From assembly GCA_041304265.1 (NCBI GenBank), contig JBFYNQ010000076.1, positions 6,821-70,820 on the forward strand: 64,000 nt of DNA, read 5' to 3'. Under the pieces are notes generated by a model that had not been told where the DNA came from, did no database searches, and was given only the letters and a program-made list of their open reading frames with translations. The position numbers and the translations under genes were made by a program. The stretch is from Candidatus Bathyarchaeota archaeon. Its GTDB lineage: Archaea > Thermoproteota > Bathyarchaeia > TCS64. Positions 8,895 through 18,403 of this stretch are shown one piece after another (positions within the stretch are counted from its first letter, which is position 1; every line of letters starts with the position of its first letter).

Positions 8895-10157
8895 CTAATG
8901 CCGCCCAGCCGAGGTCTCACTCGGCTTCTTACCGATATTGTGCGGGAGATCCTTCGGCTCAGGAACTCGTAATCCGACAATTGCCATGCATATTGCGGCG
9001 GTCACTGCACCGATCGCGAAGACGGTGCCGAAACCGTAGAGGTCGTAAACCCATCCACCCGCTATGCTCCCCATAGTACTACTCTCATCCACAAGCGTGT
9101 TGTAAAGCCCGTTTCCGAACGCCCTATTCTCGGGCGTTAAAAGGTCAGTCACCATGGCACGCGTCGTAGGCATAAGCACAGCGTTGCTCACCGACTCCAA
9201 GGCCCTTATAACGAGCACCTGATCGAAGCTGGTCACCGCGCGATACCCAAGCATCGTGGCGACTAGAAGAGCCATACCACCGAGAAAAGGTATCTTCCTC
9301 CCCCACTTATCTGCCATCCACCCTGCGAGAGGCGCGAAAGTCAGCGTCATGAAGGCGCGGATAGCAAAGAACCACCCCGTGTCACCCATCGTGACGTGCA
9401 ACTCCTCCGTAAGGTAGATGCTCAGGAAGGGGTTGACCATCGTGTTCCCAGTACGATAAAACAGAACGGCTAGGAAAAAGAAGCCAACAGCAGCACCAAG
9501 GGCACGCGTATCACGCAGTATCCCCGAGAGGCTCCAAGTCTTCTTCGCCAGCCTGTCCTCATCCGACTTCTTTTTCACAGCTTCAGGTCTGGTCTCCCTG
9601 ACAAAGAAGACAACGACGAGCACACCTATTGTAACGAAGACTCCACAGAGTATGAAATACGTCGTGTACGTGGCAGCCTGGATAAAATAACCAGCACCAA
9701 GAGGACCCAAGAGCTGCCCAATTCCCGAGGCCATAGTGTATAGTGCCATCGCCTTCCCCCTCTGCCTCGCCGGGAAGATGTCACCAGCAATCGTCATCAC
9801 GGCAACGGGGGTGATATAGAAGCCAAGCCCCTCAATAAAGCGCAGAATGAAGAAGGTGTTAAAGTCCCTCCCCCCAAGGGCAAAGAGGTAGAAGACAGCA
9901 CTATACATCACCATACCCGCGATGAGCACTGGCTTACGCCCATGGGTGTCACTATACCTCCCAGCGAGGAAGCTGCTGATGATGCCCGCAAAGGTACCTA
10001 TGGCTATCAGCACACCGCTCTCAGTGTTTGATACGCCATTCAGCTTGAAGAAAACAGGGAGCACCATATAGATAGTGCTCGTCGTCACCTGCATCGAGAC
10101 CATTGCCGCGATGACCATGTAGTAGTTACGCTTCATTTCCGCCGAGGGCTCTAGCAC
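8895..10157 (-). CDS. MFS transporter (tandem paralog of 7504..8769)
   Basis: Loop motif GRYSDTHGRK. Long collinear similarity to the neighbour, for example STIYMVLP.FF, DFNTFF.LRF.EG.GFY, QRG..MAL..MA.GIGQL.GPL. Confidence 0.8.
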   Translation of the reverse strand: MLEPSAEMKRNYYMVIAAMVSMQVTTSTIYMVLPVFFKLNGVSNTESGVLIAIGTFAGIISSFLAGRYSDTHGRKPVLIAGMVMYSAVFYLFALGGRDFNTFFILRFIEGLGFYITPVAVMTIAGDIFPARQRGKAMALYTMASGIGQLLGPLGAGYFIQAATYTTYFILCGVFVTIGVLVVVFFVRETRPEAVKKKSDEDRLAKKTWSLSGILRDTRALGAAVGFFFLAVLFYRTGNTMVNPFLSIYLTEELHVTMGDTGWFFAIRAFMTLTFAPLAGWMADKWGRKIPFLGGMALLVATMLGYRAVTSFDQVLVIRALESVSNAVLMPTTRAMVTDLLTPENRAFGNGLYNTLVDESSTMGSIAGGWVYDLYGFGTVFAIGAVTAAICMAIVGLRVPEPKDLPHNIGKKPSETSAGRH

Positions 10158-10200
10158 ATTTGAAAACTCCGTGGAAATGAAGGGTTAGCGTCGAATCAGG

Positions 10201-10212
10201 ATATAATATTTT
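10201..10212 (+). promoter_or_regulatory. TATA-box-like element upstream of the SRP RNA
   Basis: ATATAATATTTT is the only AT-rich patch in a very GC-rich spacer. It lies ~40-50 nt upstream of the first SRP helix. Confidence 0.35.
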
Positions 10213-10249
10213 CCGAGTGCGCAACCCTTTTACCGGATCGCCGCGCTCC

Positions 10250-10583
10250 ATAAGTTGCAGTGGTGGGTAGGATCGGGGAGCCAGCCCTGCCCCGCACCCT
10301 TAACGGGCTACAAAGGGGATCAGTAACCTCTTAGGTGGCCGGGGGAAGCGTGGCGTAAGGCGCGGAGCCCCTCGTCGATGTCCTGCCCCGCGGGGCCGGC
10401 GGCTGCGTCGCACGCTCTCGTAGGGGGGCGCGCGTGCATTCGACGGGCGAACCTGGCCAGGCCCGGGAGGGAGCAACCTAAGTCTGAACGTTTGGCGCTC
10501 GCGGGAACTCGGGACGGAGGGGGGTGACGCGGACCTGCGCCACGCCATCCCGACTGCCCATAGGAGCCGCCACTGCACCTTCA
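10250..10583 (+). ncRNA. signal recognition particle RNA (archaeal 7S/SRP RNA); ends approximate
   Basis: Conserved helix-8 core at 10451-10477, ACCUGGCCAGGCCCGGGAGGGAGCAACC (compare E. coli 4.5S CCAGGUCAGGUCCGGAAGGAAGCAGCC). It is followed by GGUGACGCGGACCUGCGCCACGCC. The long helix-5 pairing GCGUGGCG (10348-10355) with CGCCACGC (10539-10546) is present. The 5'/3' closing helix is GCAGUGGUGG (10257-10266) with CCGCCACUGC (10567-10576). Total length ~330 nt. Confidence 0.85.
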
Positions 10584-10633
10584 CCCACCTCTCATCCATA
10601 TAAGCCGAAGAGAACAGTCTTCACTGACAGGGC

Positions 10634-11917
10634 TTGAGCGGAGTCAGGGACCTATTCTTCGATGAGTTCTACTCGGAGCTGGAGAGGGTCGCGGGTGAAA
10701 TAGCGGTGAGGAAAGACGAGGACCAAAAACCGTCGATACTCGCCGACGAAGTAAAGGCGAGGTGGATAACATACGCCGGCGACGACGAGCGCGAGGCTGC
10801 GCTCATCAGCGTCGACGGAGGCATTCAGCAAAGCGACTTCGCCTACGGTGACTTCGTCGCCGCCGGACGCGCAATAGCCCTCATACACAAGCCCAGTGAA
10901 GGACGCCGTATGGAGAGGCGAGTTAAGATATACGTGGGCCAGGTCTACGAGGAACGCGACAAGGGAATAATCCCAAGCTATGTGCGCACCATCTGCGAAT
11001 ACGAGGCCGCCTACGCCGCAGCGAGAAAGGTCCTCGACGAGGGCGGACAACCCGTAGTCCTCATGGACGGCAGTCTCTACCTCGGCAGGTTCCCCTACGC
11101 TATCCGTGAATACAGGCATCATCCTGAGCTAATCATAGATCTCCTCCTGTCGATAACCCGCATGCGCAACCTTGCACGCGACAAGGGTTTTCCGTTGGTC
11201 GGAGTCGCGAAGGACTCCTCGGTCTTCTTCCTCTACATGGAACTCCTCAAGACCGCGATCACAAAGGCGGGGCTTGGCAACCTCGTGAAGCAGCTGGACG
11301 AGGCGTCCTCACCACTCGACCTCAGAGGCAGGATGGAGAACTGGGGCGAGAAGGAGTGGAAGCAAATGGAGCCGTGGATAGAGGAGCGGCCACTATGCGA
11401 CCCACTACTCGTCAAGGACTCAACCACAACGCCAGGCTACACGGCGCCCCTCTATCTCTCACCCTCCATCTACTACTCCGACAACGATACGATGAGCCTC
11501 TACAGGATGGTCGACAAACACCTGGAGGGGGACACCGCGGTGCGTGTGAAGCGCGCCATCAGGGAATTCTTCTCTGCCCCTGGGGTGGCGGCGATCTACT
11601 GGAAGCCGTCCGCCAAGGCGCGCCCGTTCAGGGTGGACGTCCTCGCCAACCTACTCGGGCGACCCGAGGCGTGGAACAGCCACACGCGTAACATGTTCAC
11701 TGACCCAAACCCCAACCTTGAAAAGGTCTTGAACCACCTCAACCACTGGTTCTGCAACGAGGTCGAGTACAATATACCCCTCAAGCAGGCTGACACACTC
11801 GCACACTTTGACAGGGACCTCTACAGGAGGAAGTACGAGCCCTTCATAGTGCACCGCCTCGAGGAGGCGGGTTTAGACGTCGAGGGAAAACGCAGGGAGA
11901 AGAGGAATTTCGGATGA
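10634..11917 (+). CDS. nurA: NurA 5'-3' nuclease
   Basis: Motifs ALISVDGGIQ and VVLMDGSLY. TTG start. The stop overlaps the herA start (ATGA). The gene sits in a HerA/Mre11/Rad50 context. Confidence 0.8.
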   Translation: MSGVRDLFFDEFYSELERVAGEIAVRKDEDQKPSILADEVKARWITYAGDDEREAALISVDGGIQQSDFAYGDFVAAGRAIALIHKPSEGRRMERRVKIYVGQVYEERDKGIIPSYVRTICEYEAAYAAARKVLDEGGQPVVLMDGSLYLGRFPYAIREYRHHPELIIDLLLSITRMRNLARDKGFPLVGVAKDSSVFFLYMELLKTAITKAGLGNLVKQLDEASSPLDLRGRMENWGEKEWKQMEPWIEERPLCDPLLVKDSTTTPGYTAPLYLSPSIYYSDNDTMSLYRMVDKHLEGDTAVRVKRAIREFFSAPGVAAIYWKPSAKARPFRVDVLANLLGRPEAWNSHTRNMFTDPNPNLEKVLNHLNHWFCNEVEYNIPLKQADTLAHFDRDLYRRKYEPFIVHRLEEAGLDVEGKRREKRNFG

Positions 11918-13530
11918 AAGAGTACGGCAGCATCATAGGGCAGAGCGACCCCACGTGGTTCGAGTTCAACATAATGGATCCAAAAAATCGCCCAGTAAGC
12001 TACGAGTACGTCGAAGTTGAGGTAGAGGAGCCCCAGCAAGACGGCTCTATGAAGAGCATACGCGTCCTGGGGCAGGTGAAGAGAATAACGAGCCGCCACC
12101 CTTTCTACGATGAGAGGACGACGCCTGACGCCGCGAGGAAGATGGGGGAGCTGGGTATAGACGATGACCTAATCCAGGTATTCGCCCATGCGAAGGTGCT
12201 CGGCTACATCCACGACGAGGGAGGGAGAAGCGACGTCCGCAGACCCCGAAGTCCACCGATGCCTGGATCGCCAGTCTACCGCGCCTCAGACGAGATTCTG
12301 CAACGCCTATTCAACCTCGGCGAGGGCGAGATACCCCTAATGGTGGGCAACCTTCTACACAGAGAGGGGATACGTGTCCCAGTGAGCGGCAAGGAGCTCC
12401 ATAGGCACACAGCGATCCTAGCCATGACACGATACGGCAAGAGCTACTTCGCGGGGCGCATCATGGAACAGCTTGTCAGACAAGGCGCATCCATACTCGT
12501 CATCGACGCCCACGGCGACTACGCTAATATGACTCAGGACACCGACGGCGCCGAGCACGAGTACTTCCGCGACAAAGTCACCGTCTACCGCCCCGAGGCC
12601 GCCGAGGCATTCGACGCGCCTCATGTCAAGCCACTTCACATAGGCGTGAGCCAATGCTCAACCGGAGAACTATGCAGGCTAGCCCATGTCACAGGCAGCC
12701 TGCAGAGGATACTCCTCGCCAAGGCGGTAAAGGAGGCGAAGGCACGCAAAAAGCTCTACGGCCTCCAAGACATCATAGACGTCCTATACGAACAGCTCGA
12801 GGAGAACGACGAGGAGGAGGCGCTGGAAGCAAAGAAAAAGAAGAAGGGCAGATGGGACGCCTCACGCGTCGCACGCATCATCGAGCACCTCGAAGGCCTC
12901 GCCGAGAGGAACATCTTCAGTGAGGGCGAACTACCCGTCAAGGAGTTCTTCACCCCCATGCACATGAGCAGCGTCTTCCTCAGCGGCATATCCGACGACG
13001 AGCAGGACGTCCTCGTCGGCATGATACTGCGCCGCGTCTTCCAGATCAAGTACAGGCACGAGGAGAAGCTGCCACTCTTCATCTTCGTCGAGGAGGCACA
13101 CAGGTTCGCGGCGCCACCCGATGAAGGTGGAGGCAGGTTCAGCAGAGACATACTCGCACGCATAGCCGCAGAGGGAGCCAAGTTCGGCGTATTTCTCACA
13201 GTAATCAGCCAACGCCCACGCCGGATCGACCCTGACATACTCAGCAACTGCAGCAACCTCGCTATACTACGCGTCGTCAACAGCACCGACCAGAACACTA
13301 TACAAGCAGCATCTGAATCATTCAGCGAGGACCTGCTGGCTGACTTGCCAGCACTTGAGCAGGGTGAAGCAGTGCTGGTTGGCCCCTTCGTCCCCGTACC
13401 AGTCATGATAAAGACAGCCAAGCGCGAAACACGTCACGGCGGGCGCACCCCCGAGATTGCGGACCTCCTAAGACAAGCCCGCGAGGACGCCGAGATTAAG
13501 AGAAAGAGGGACGCGTTCCCACTCCACTAG
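11914..13530 (+). CDS. herA: HerA hexameric DNA helicase/translocase ATPase
   Basis: Walker A AMTRYGKS. Walker B-type LFIFVEEAHRF. FtsK/HerA-like C-terminal region (VISQRPRRIDPDILSNCSNL). Operon context supports the call. Confidence 0.85.
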   Translation: MKEYGSIIGQSDPTWFEFNIMDPKNRPVSYEYVEVEVEEPQQDGSMKSIRVLGQVKRITSRHPFYDERTTPDAARKMGELGIDDDLIQVFAHAKVLGYIHDEGGRSDVRRPRSPPMPGSPVYRASDEILQRLFNLGEGEIPLMVGNLLHREGIRVPVSGKELHRHTAILAMTRYGKSYFAGRIMEQLVRQGASILVIDAHGDYANMTQDTDGAEHEYFRDKVTVYRPEAAEAFDAPHVKPLHIGVSQCSTGELCRLAHVTGSLQRILLAKAVKEAKARKKLYGLQDIIDVLYEQLEENDEEEALEAKKKKKGRWDASRVARIIEHLEGLAERNIFSEGELPVKEFFTPMHMSSVFLSGISDDEQDVLVGMILRRVFQIKYRHEEKLPLFIFVEEAHRFAAPPDEGGGRFSRDILARIAAEGAKFGVFLTVISQRPRRIDPDILSNCSNLAILRVVNSTDQNTIQAASESFSEDLLADLPALEQGEAVLVGPFVPVPVMIKTAKRETRHGGRTPEIADLLRQAREDAEIKRKRDAFPLH

Positions 13531-13539
13531 GTGTCCCGC

Positions 13540-14775
13540 ATGCGCTTCGCTGTCCTCGCCGACCTCCACATCGGGAGGAGCATACCTCTCGCCATAGCGG
13601 AGCACCGGCGAGAGGCCTTCGAAAGGGCATTGACTAAGGCTGTTGACGCCATAGTCGCTTCCGGTGTGGACTATGTCTTCATCTGCGGAGACCTATTCGA
13701 GAGGCGTACCCTCCGTCCGCACATGGTGGAGTTCACCCAGAGAGAGTTATTCCGCCTCGTGAAGGAGACGGAGGCCAAGCATAAGCGCAGCATCCGCATC
13801 CTCGTAATAAGGGGCAACCACGACGGGCGCAGCCAAAGCGACGCCCTCGACTACATCAGACACCCACTCGCCAGATACCTTCACGTCTTCGGCGACGACG
13901 CCATCACCTACGACGACGACCGCATCCACGTCGTCGGCCTCAACTACTACGACCAGATAGACATCGCCTATGAGAGGCTGGCGAAGCCCGCCCTCGGGAA
14001 GGGAAAGGGCGTCAAGGTCCTCATGCTCCACGGCTTCGTCGCTAACTACAACGACGTACCCCCCGGAGACAGCAGCCTCAGCCTCGACCAGCTCGCCAAC
14101 TCTGGCGCCGACTACGTATTCACCGGCCACTACCACAAGAAATGCGAGCCAAAGAAGCTCAACGGCAACGGCTGGGTAGCCACACCCGGGAGCACCGAGG
14201 TCTACGACTTCGCAGAGGAGCCTGAGAAGGGCTTCTACATAGTAGACTCCGAAGGTCCCAAGTGGAGCTGGGTGCCCATCGAGCCCCTCCACGTGATGCG
14301 ACAGGCTAAGGTCAGCAACGGACGCGTCGCTGACCCAAAATGGTACGAGGCGGAGGCAATCAAGGTGCTCAAGGGCTTCACCGACGAGCTCCACGCCCAA
14401 CACAAACAGGGATACATCAGGATCAAGCTCGAGGGCACGCTAAGCGAGGGGTGGCCAACAGACGTGAGCGAGGACAGGATACGGGAAGCCGCCCCAGACC
14501 CCCTCCTACTCTGGGTCGACGTAGACACCCTTGAACTGAACCTCCCCCCCAGCGTAGCACGCCCAATGGCGGAGAACACCGATGTCGCCGAATACTTCCG
14601 CGACTTCAAGGACTTCGCCGAAGACATAAGAGAGGTCCACGGCCGCGTCCGCGAAGCACTTGAAGAGGAGGCGAGCACGAAGACCGGCCTCCTAACCGCG
14701 ACGCAGCGGGCGGAGTTCATCTCCGAGTGGGTGCGCAGACTCGAGGCAAAGACCTTCAGGGAGGCGACGCCATGA
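13540..14775 (+). CDS. mre11: Mre11 nuclease
   Basis: Calcineurin-like phosphoesterase motifs DLHIG, GDLFE, RGNHD and MLHG. ATG at 13540 (MRFAVLADLH). A GTG at 13531 is also possible. Confidence 0.85.
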   Translation: MRFAVLADLHIGRSIPLAIAEHRREAFERALTKAVDAIVASGVDYVFICGDLFERRTLRPHMVEFTQRELFRLVKETEAKHKRSIRILVIRGNHDGRSQSDALDYIRHPLARYLHVFGDDAITYDDDRIHVVGLNYYDQIDIAYERLAKPALGKGKGVKVLMLHGFVANYNDVPPGDSSLSLDQLANSGADYVFTGHYHKKCEPKKLNGNGWVATPGSTEVYDFAEEPEKGFYIVDSEGPKWSWVPIEPLHVMRQAKVSNGRVADPKWYEAEAIKVLKGFTDELHAQHKQGYIRIKLEGTLSEGWPTDVSEDRIREAAPDPLLLWVDVDTLELNLPPSVARPMAENTDVAEYFRDFKDFAEDIREVHGRVREALEEEASTKTGLLTATQRAEFISEWVRRLEAKTFREATP

Positions 14776-16832
14776 TCGAATCCCTCACACTCCGCGGCTT
14801 CAAGAGCTACCGAGGCCAGCAGACCATCCGCTTCACAAAAGGCGTAAACAAGATCAGCGGCAGGAACGCCTCGGGAAAGACGACGATACTCGAAGCGGTG
14901 CTCTTCGGCCTCTTCGGGGACGTCCCCGGCGTCGAGAAGAGAGATTTACTACCCGTCGGCGGAGGCGACCTCTTCATAGAGCTCGTCTTCAGGACCCCAA
15001 AGGGAACGAAAGTCACGATCCACAGAGAGGCCACACTCACAAAGAAGGGTACCGAAGAAGCCTTCAAGACAAAGGAATTCCTCATGCAGATCGAGGGCGA
15101 AAAAGCACCCATCACCCGCGAGCGAGACGCCCAGGACAGACTTAGAGAGCTCCTCGGCGTAAGCAGCGGCACATTCTTCAACGTCGTATACGCCCGCCAG
15201 AAGGAGTTCGTAGACATTCTCAACCCCGAAAAGGGGCGCATGAACGCCATCCTCGGCCTCACCGCCCCCAGTGAAATACGGGAGCAACTAAGAGAGGTAA
15301 GAAAGCAGCTGGAGCATAGAGGCGAACTCCCCCTCAAACCAGCTTTCGAGGAGAGGATAAGGAACGCCGAGAAGACACTCGCCGACGGCGGAGCGCAGCT
15401 AACCGAGATCACTGCTAAAAAGACCGCCCTCGTCACCGAGCTAAGCGTCAAACGTTACGAGCTACAGAACGCGAAGGACGCCGTCGAGCGCGTCGAGGGA
15501 TACGAAACCAACTTCCGGGAGCTCGACGCCATAAGGCAGGAATACGAGACGAACCGCAGGCTCCGAGAGGCAAAGGAAGGCGAACTCGAAGGTGTCGCCT
15601 CAGAGATGGGAGAGAGCCCAGACATCCGCGTCAAGGACCTAGAAAACAGAGCGAACACCGCCAAGGCGACAGAGGAGAGACTACGCCAACTCAGCGACGC
15701 CGAACCTGAGCAGCGCCGAAGAGCGGCAGCGGCGACAACAGATAGACTTACACACCAGATCAGGGAGCACAGGGAGCTATTCGAGAAAGGGGTCACTGTC
15801 TGTCCCAAGTGCGGGCAGCCAATAGACCCAGCCGACATAGAGAAAGATCTGACGACCTGGACGGCGGAGCTCGAAGCCGCGAAGAAGCAGATGGCAGCAG
15901 CAGCCTCCGAGATACAGGACCTCAAAACGCAGGCCAAAACCGCCACGGAGAAGCGCATCGACGCGGGTAGGGCGCTCGACAGGTTCCTCGACCTCAAAGC
16001 ACGCCTCGACGAGGGAAGGAGGGCCATGCTCAGGCTCGACGACTCTGGTGCCAAGCTCGCCGAGAGGCTCGAAGTCGGCACCGAGGGACTCACAGAGCTT
16101 GTCGAGAGGGAGTTCGGTTCCATCAAAGGAATCGAGGAAGCCCGGAGGCGAGTCGACGAGAAGCTAAGGGCTCTACGCATCACTGAAAGGGAGGCACACG
16201 CCTCCGTGAGGGAACGCGAGACGCGATTCCAGGAGGCTGACACCGCCGAGAAGAGGCTCAGAGCACAGCTCACCGGCGTCGAACAGACACTAAAGGATTC
16301 GCGAGAGAGGCTCGCGAAGGTGACCGAGTACGAGGCGAAGATCCGCGCCTTAGACGGCATCGTCGACCGCTACGGAATATACGAGAGAGACCTACGCGAC
16401 AACACACTCCGCCTACTTGAATACACTACTTTCGAATACTTCCGCCGCCTCACCGACCAGCAGCTCTACTCCGCCTGCAAGATCGACAGGGAGAGATACA
16501 CACTCGAAGTGCAGCCGAAAGGAAGCCCACGTTCGTTGCCAGCCTGGCGCGCCGGGGGCGGCCACCAGAGCCTCTTCGCACTAGCCGAGCGCCTCGCACT
16601 CCTGAGAGTCCGCAACTTCCCCTACCTCCTAATCCTAGACGAGCCCACCGACGCTGTCGACTCCGAGAACGTACCTCACCTACTAGAGTACATAGCGCGG
16701 AGCAGCAGGGAAATAGGTCAGGTTCTCCTCGTAACCCACCACGGGCAGGGAGAGGAGGAGGGCGTCAACCTCATCAAGGTGCAGAAGGTCGAAGGAGAGA
16801 GCAGAGTCACACAAGAGTTAGCCTACGGCTAA
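14772..16832 (+). CDS. rad50: Rad50 SMC-like ATPase (short coiled-coil version, 686 aa)
   Basis: The ATG at 14772 overlaps the mre11 stop (ATGA) and gives the canonical N-terminus MIESLTLRGFKSY. Walker A GRNASGKTT. Zinc hook CPKCGQP at mid-protein. Signature-like GGHQSLFALAERLAL. Walker B LLILDEPT. Confidence 0.85.
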   Translation: MIESLTLRGFKSYRGQQTIRFTKGVNKISGRNASGKTTILEAVLFGLFGDVPGVEKRDLLPVGGGDLFIELVFRTPKGTKVTIHREATLTKKGTEEAFKTKEFLMQIEGEKAPITRERDAQDRLRELLGVSSGTFFNVVYARQKEFVDILNPEKGRMNAILGLTAPSEIREQLREVRKQLEHRGELPLKPAFEERIRNAEKTLADGGAQLTEITAKKTALVTELSVKRYELQNAKDAVERVEGYETNFRELDAIRQEYETNRRLREAKEGELEGVASEMGESPDIRVKDLENRANTAKATEERLRQLSDAEPEQRRRAAAATTDRLTHQIREHRELFEKGVTVCPKCGQPIDPADIEKDLTTWTAELEAAKKQMAAAASEIQDLKTQAKTATEKRIDAGRALDRFLDLKARLDEGRRAMLRLDDSGAKLAERLEVGTEGLTELVEREFGSIKGIEEARRRVDEKLRALRITEREAHASVRERETRFQEADTAEKRLRAQLTGVEQTLKDSRERLAKVTEYEAKIRALDGIVDRYGIYERDLRDNTLRLLEYTTFEYFRRLTDQQLYSACKIDRERYTLEVQPKGSPRSLPAWRAGGGHQSLFALAERLALLRVRNFPYLLILDEPTDAVDSENVPHLLEYIARSSREIGQVLLVTHHGQGEEEGVNLIKVQKVEGESRVTQELAYG

Positions 16833-17032
16833 GGCACTTTTTTCGGCTTATATTTTCGCTCCGAGTACTTCCCCGTTATACGCACATGCGTCCCGCCCCT
16901 GAAGGCATCGGCCTCCAGCTGCTTCGTCATCACATCGCAGTCGGAGCGCCACTCGCACTCCTTGCACTCCTCATCCTCACTGAGCAAACCTATGCAGGTG
17001 GGGCGCGCTCCCTTAGACATACCGAGATTCAA
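16829..17032 (-). CDS. small Cys-rich basic protein, hypothetical
   Basis: 67-aa ORF with C-x9-C-x2-C-x5-C (CIGLLSEDEECKECEWRSDC) and a Lys-rich tail. Convergent with rad50, with a 4-nt overlap. Confidence 0.3.
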   Translation of the reverse strand: MNLGMSKGARPTCIGLLSEDEECKECEWRSDCDVMTKQLEADAFRGGTHVRITGKYSERKYKPKKVP

Positions 17033-17128
17033 CCCACGCGAACCCCTAAAAACGTTACCCAGAAGAAGGCCTTGGAATTACTAATCGTCTAGGAACCACC
17101 CATCTTGCAATCAAATTGAGAGCCTTGC

Positions 17129-17869
17129 TCACGCACGTCGTTGCCCCAACTTAGCCTTCTGCTGGCGCAGCCTCTCATAAAGAACAACTGCGGCTGAGAC
17201 GCCGACATTGAGGCTTGGGACCATGCCGTGCATCGGTATTTTGATGACGGAGTCGCACTTCTCCAGCAGGGTAGGGCTTATGCCCTCGCCCTCGCCGCCG
17301 AGCACGAGGGCTATCGCGCCGGACAGGTCCTCATCCCAGAGGTCATGATTCCCTGATGGGTCGACGGCAACGAGCTTGAAGTCCTCGTCCTTGAGGAGCT
17401 TGACGGCGGGGTAAATGTTCTCTCTGGCGACGGCGACGTGTGCGCCTCCTCCCATGCTGACACGTAGGACGGTGGGCGTAAGCCCCACGCTCTCCTTCTT
17501 AGGGATGAGGACCGCGTCTACGCTGGCCGCGTCTGCGGTGCGGAGTATGCTGCCAAGGTTCTGGGGATCCTCGATGCCGTCGAGGATGACTACACAGGGC
17601 GTCCTCCCTGCCTTCTTCACAACCACGCTGAGGGCGACGTAGCCGGGAGCTTCGACGAGGGCTATAACGCCCTGGTGACGGCGGGTCTCCGAGAGCCTAT
17701 CCAGCGCCTCCTTTTCGACGAACTCGACCGGTGAGCCACGCCGCTTCGCCATCTCGACTATCTCCTTGATCTTCGGGTCGGTCGTCGACCCCTTAACGAC
17801 AAGCACCTTACGAACCCCGCCCCGCTTCAGGGTCTCGACAACCGGGTTACGCCCCTCGACCTGTGACAT
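17129..17869 (-). CDS. SpoU/TrmH-family RNA 2'-O-methyltransferase (RlmB-like)
   Basis: Motifs DGIEDPQNLGSILRTADA, LVLGGEGEGIS and IPMHGMVPSLNVGVSAAVVLYE. The family-typical N-terminus starts at the internal ATG (MSQVEGRNPVVETLKRG). The upstream 40 codons of the track ORF are probably not translated. Confidence 0.8.
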   Translation of the reverse strand: MSQVEGRNPVVETLKRGGVRKVLVVKGSTTDPKIKEIVEMAKRRGSPVEFVEKEALDRLSETRRHQGVIALVEAPGYVALSVVVKKAGRTPCVVILDGIEDPQNLGSILRTADAASVDAVLIPKKESVGLTPTVLRVSMGGGAHVAVARENIYPAVKLLKDEDFKLVAVDPSGNHDLWDEDLSGAIALVLGGEGEGISPTLLEKCDSVIKIPMHGMVPSLNVGVSAAVVLYERLRQQKAKLGQRRA

Positions 17870-18107
17870 ACAAATATCAACCAAGAAGAAGAGGACACCC
17901 GCTAAAAGGATACCGCGTCCTACCCCAATCGCTCTCAAGGAATATGCTAGCAATCGGATATAGAGACCGAGAACCACGAGGCTGAGCATGAGAAGGTAAT
18001 GAAAAGGCTAACGAAGGCGAAGAGACAGAGGGAAAGAAACTGAGGACATATTAACGAAGAGCCAAATAGAGAAGAAAACTTAACGATTACAGGAATTGAC
18101 CCATCAA

Positions 18108-18392
18108 CTAATTGAGGCGCGTCAGAGGTATGCTCCAGTGGCTGAACCCGGAGCCCCTGACCCATATCCCGCCCATCTTCTTCACGCTCCGGTCAAGCCG
18201 GTACCAATCCGCCCTAGCCAACTTTATCGGCCTAATCGTAACATAGCCAGTATCCTGAAGCAGAATCGTGATGTCCGTCAGGAGGTCGCCCGGCAGATAG
18301 CTGAGCACCTGGGAGAAAACTGACTGGGAGTCGGGTCTCCCATCCAGGCGCCTCTCATTGAAGGAAATACGCCCAACCGACTCGATCCTCAT
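18108..18392 (-). CDS. hypothetical 94-aa protein
   Basis: Last gene of a three-gene minus-strand cluster. The C-terminal segment VKKMGGIWVRGSGFSHWSIP loosely resembles the small AK.lGArWd...k.WyvP module seen on mobile-element primases/topoisomerases. This is a weak resemblance from memory only. Confidence 0.4.
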   Translation of the reverse strand: MRIESVGRISFNERRLDGRPDSQSVFSQVLSYLPGDLLTDITILLQDTGYVTIRPIKLARADWYRLDRSVKKMGGIWVRGSGFSHWSIPLTRLN

Positions 18393-18403
18393 ATCAGATT
18401 CAC

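Noticed and set aside
10300-10599. 99-aa Arg/Pro-rich ORF on the minus strand
   Set aside because: It lies entirely inside the SRP RNA gene on the opposite strand. Its composition is the usual artefact of very GC-rich structured RNA.
12756-16360. Long antisense ORFs inside herA, mre11 and rad50 (12756..13421, 13747..14403, 14807..15451, 15455..16360 and others)
   Set aside because: They are Ser/Ala/Arg/Leu-rich low-complexity translations, antisense to genes with clear catalytic motifs. Such ORFs are typical in GC-rich DNA with few antisense stops.
17870-18165. Hydrophobic N-terminal extension of the TrmH ORF, and the 72-aa ORF 17947..18165
   Set aside because: The family-typical N-terminus starts at the internal Met. 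The extension and the neighbouring ORF have no support and lie in a probable promoter region.
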